Shown here one piece after another: positions 61,197-64,000 of a stretch of DNA of 64,000 nt; positions within the stretch are counted from its first letter, which is position 1, and every line of letters begins with the position of its first letter. Under the pieces are notes generated by a model, which saw only the letters and a program-made list of their open reading frames with translations, was not told the DNA's origin and searched no databases. The stretch is taken from the NCBI GenBank assembly GCA_002269645.1, contig NIVC01000551.1, positions 62,001 to 126,000 of the forward strand. Direction: 5' to 3'. The translations under genes and the position numbers were made by a program. This DNA comes from Macrostomum lignano. Lineage: Eukaryota.

Positions 61197-63326
61197 GATG
61201 TGGATGATGATGGTGATGACGATAATGATGTGGATGATGATGATAATGAAGATGATGATAAAGATGATGATGATGATGATGATGATGATGGTGATTAGGT
61301 TGAGCAGACAATGGGTGATCTGGTATGATTAGGCATGTTTTACTACGAGCTACAGTAAAACAAAGTTCGTCTCACTGACCATTGTTAATAAGTCTTTCAA
61401 ACATGCTGACATCCAGATGATATTTAATCCGCAACTCATAGCTCTCAGTCTGCGGCCGAAGCTGCTTGTGATCACCGATGAGGATGAGATGCTGGGTGGA
61501 GTCGGTCAGGCAGGACAGTAGCTGGGGTTCGCCGACTTCGGCGGCCTCTTCAACCAGGATGACGGCGGGTTTGACCGCGGTGAGCAGGTCTTTGTTGATG
61601 CTGGCGCCCGTGATGGTCATGCCGACGATTCTTTTGGACTTGACGATCTCGGCGCAGTGGCGGCGTTGAAGTCGGCGACGGGTCTCGGACACCTGGAGAG
61701 AGTGAAGGGAAAGCGCTTTGACAAAATCGGTACTAGTTTCTAATAAATTTTAGTCTTACAAATGGCAACTACGTTCTTAGACATGTAAACCTACCTAATT
61801 CTGAGAAATGTCAACCCAATTTTTATACATGCTAACCTCATACTTACATGCAGAAGTGCCAACCTACATCATGAAAATGCAACTCTTTTCTTAGAAATTT
61901 AAACTCTTGAGAAATGGTAACACTTTTCTTAGAAATGCCAGCTCTTTTTGAGAAATTTAATCTCTTATTCTTAGAAATGTCAACTCTTATTCTTAGAAAT
62001 GTCAACTCTTATTCTTAGAAATGTCCACCCTAATTCTTAGAAATGTCAACTCTTATTCTTAGAAATTTCAACTCTTATTCTTAGAAATTTCAACTCTTAT
62101 TCTTAGAAATATCCACCCTTATTCTCAGAAATGTCACTCTTTTCTTTGAAATGTCAACTCTTTTCTTTGAAATTTCAACTCTTTAGAAATGGCAAGTCTT
62201 TTCTTAGAAATGTCAACTCTTATTCTTAGAAATGACTACCCTTATTCTTAGAAATTTCCACCCTTATTCTTAGAAATGTCAACTCTTATTCTTAGAAATT
62301 TCCACCCTTATTCTTAGAAATGTCAACTCTTTTCTTTGAAATTTCAACTCTTTAGAAATGACAAGTCTTTTCTTAGAAATGTCAACTCTTATTCTTAGAA
62401 ATGACTACCCTTATTCTTAGAAATGTCAACTCTTATTCTTAGAAATGTCAACTCTTATTCTTAGAAATATCCACCCTTATTCTTAGAAATGTCAATTTTT
62501 TTCTTAGAAATATCAACTTATTTTTTAGAAACGTAAACTCCATTCTTCAAAATGCAACTCCATCCCTTAAAATGTCAATTCCATTCCTAGAAATGTCAAT
62601 TCCATTCCTAGAAATGTGTACGCTAACGTTAGAAGTTGAAAGAAACTGATTTATTCGAAATGCAGCTGCTCAATTTTAAAACTTGGATTTTACTGCAAAC
62701 AATTATTGACCTTACCTGCAGATAGTCGGCCAGCTGCGTCTCCACCTGAGCCATCGAGCCGGTGACCTTCTCCTGTAGCCAGTAGTGCAACAGGTCGCAC
62801 CTCTCGCCGATGTCCAAACGCCACAGATCGCTTCGCAGAGCGGCTAGTCGTCCAGTCTGAGATGAAGCCTCCAGCATCAGGCCGCCAGCTGTCAGGCCGT
62901 CTTGCTGACCAAATTTCACTACAACGTCGGTGGTTCGCTTCTTGCCTAGCTGGAACATGAAAGCGCTCTGACGCTGTTGCATAGCGAACTCAGCTGCTTC
63001 AGTGTCTTCATCATCAACTGGATCGTCTGTAGGCTGCTGCTGCTGCTGCTTCTGTTGTTGTTGTTTGTTGCTTTTAGCTTTGCCACTAAGAACCTGGCCG
63101 AAGCGTTGTTCGAAATTTGCCAGAACCCGAGCGATGTGAGATTCGACAGATTCAGCGCCTGCAGAGTTTGACGAGGCCGCCGCGGTGGCCGCATGCTGCC
63201 GACGCTCCTCCTTGTTGGGGAGCCAGCAGGCCACGGCGGTGTGAACGGCCTGACGCACTAGCGGGATATCCAGCCAGGCGGCAAGAGCTTCGGGATCCTC
63301 GATTGGCTTGCGGAGGTTTTTCCATT
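51639..63326 (-). CDS. ZNFX1: ZNFX1-like SF1 helicase / NF-X1 zinc-finger protein fused to two PARP-type ART domains (3' eight exons; 5' part beyond the right edge)
   Basis: Exons 62716-63326, 61380-61692, 59989-60401, 59395-59703, 58669-58875, 57066-57359, 53440-53760, 51639-52508. All GT-AG with matching phases (0,1,0,0,0,0,0), 3338 nt, no internal stop. Helicase motifs IVGMTITGA, VEEAAEV, LIGDHKQLRP, SMFERL, QNRMRPE, YRGQ, TVDLYQGDE, VAQSRAR; CGH-type Cys/His fingers; two FHGT ART cores. The symbol denotes family; orthology is untested. Confidence 0.88.
51642..52150 (-). other. ART domain 2 (PARP core, H-Y-A)
   Basis: AFHGT (His 51951-51953), HGFGVYLS, MLLCRVLPG, YNSI, GWALVI (Ala at the position of the catalytic Glu), DQILPLYKV. 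Confidence 0.82.
52275..53760 (-). other. ART domain 1 (tankyrase-like PARP core, H-Y-E), split over two exons
   Basis: FHGT (His 53557-53559), GMFGAGIYFA (Tyr 53470-53472), SKSAQ|ELY, LLLCEVLLG, FDEFVVF (Glu 52329-52331), DQAYPKYII. Confidence 0.9.
52560..53400. repeat. Intronic 20-bp minisatellite gatgatgagacacctgtaca
   Basis: Read directly. Confidence 0.92.
53850..56990. repeat. Intronic 23-bp minisatellite atccttcatttccctctccac(at/ag), ~135 copies
   Basis: Read directly; homopyrimidine-rich on plus. Confidence 0.96.
57420..58590. repeat. Intronic 22-bp minisatellite atgattctaatgggtagcttcc
   Basis: Read directly. Confidence 0.92.
58910..59370. repeat. Intronic 21-bp minisatellite ggaagcagcttcagggatctg
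   Basis: Read directly. Confidence 0.92.
59710..59988. repeat. Intronic 23-bp minisatellite ccagtccaatctaccccacactg
   Basis: Read directly. Confidence 0.88.
60420..61295. repeat. Intronic (GAT)n-type trinucleotide repeat with GGT/AAT variants
   Basis: Read directly. Confidence 0.96.
61780..62610. repeat. Intronic 22-bp minisatellite cttagaaatgtcaactcttatt
   Basis: Read directly. Confidence 0.9.
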
Positions 63327-63334
63327 CTGATGGG

Positions 63335-63880
63335 TGAGTTGGCGGGTGAGTGGGTGATTGAGTGAGTGAGTGAGTGGATGGATGAGTGGGTGAGTGAATG
63401 AGTGGATGGATGAGTGGGTGAGTGAATGAGTGAGTGGATGGATGAGTTGGTGAGTGAATGAGTGAGTGGATGGATGAGTTGGTGAGTGAATGAGGGAGTG
63501 GATGGATGAGTTGGTGAGTGAATGAGTGAGTGGATGGATGAGTTGGTGAGTGAATGAGTGAGTGGATGGATTAGTTGGTGAGTGAATGAGTGAGTGGATG
63601 GATGAGTTGGTGAGTGAATGAGTGAGTGGATGGATGAGTTGGTGAGTGAATGAGTGAGTGGATGGATGAGTTGGTGAGTGAATGAGTGAGTGGATGGATG
63701 AGTGGGTGAGTGAATGAGTGGATGGATGAGTGGGTGAGTAAGTGAGTGAGTGGATGGATGAGTGGGTGAGTAAGTGAGTGAATGAGTGAGTGAGTGAGTG
63801 AGTGAGTGGGTGAGTGAGTGGGTGAGTGAGTGAGTGAGTGAGTGAGTGAGTGGGTGAGTGGGTGTGAGTGTGGGGTGAGT
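63335..63880. repeat. Intronic tetranucleotide-derived repeat (gtga/gtgg/atga/atgg)
   Basis: Read directly. Confidence 0.9.
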
Positions 63881-64000
63881 GAGTGCGAGCGAGCAGGTTG
63901 GTTGGTTCGAACGTATGAATGTACTTATTACAGTTTTGTCGCCTTGGTAACTTTTCGGGTGTTAAAGCATCTGTCTCAATTCTAAGGGTATCTTGGCGTC

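Noticed and set aside
59980-61332. Poly-His, poly-Asp, poly-Met, poly-Ser and poly-Ile ORFs
   Set aside because: All are frames of the intronic (GAT)n tract; the real exon begins at the CAG acceptor 60402-60404

Overview
Animal (metazoan) genomic DNA, not prokaryotic. It has GT-AG spliced genes with GC-rich exons, a different minisatellite in almost every intron, and TTAGGG-type repeats. This style resembles the flatworm Macrostomum, but that is inference only. Contents from left to right: (1) the first three coding exons of a neutral ceramidase (minus strand, running off the left edge); (2) a ~15 kb head-to-tail train of non-autonomous Helitron-like elements (5902-20733), recognised by CTAG|TC junctions and subterminal hairpins; (3) a tRNA/CORE-type SINE carrying a hAT-like MITE; (4) a GT32 glycosyltransferase gene with an internal TAG, split by a very young Ty3/Gypsy element (identical 260-bp LTRs, AAGAT TSD, one in-frame TAA inside the protease); (5) a complete 9-exon BRE1/RNF20-40 gene (1059 aa, minus); (6) an internally deleted D34D mariner with 198-bp TIRs; (7) the 3' eight exons of a ZNFX1-like UPF1-type helicase/NF-X1 zinc-finger gene (minus, starts beyond the right edge). 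That gene splices in frame into two tandem PARP-type ADP-ribosyltransferase domains, one H-Y-E and one H-Y-A. This ZNFX1-ART-ART fusion is the best candidate for an undescribed system. Exon structures were reconstructed by eye from splice signals, reading-frame phase and remembered family motifs; no database search was run. Tandem-repeat boundaries are approximate.
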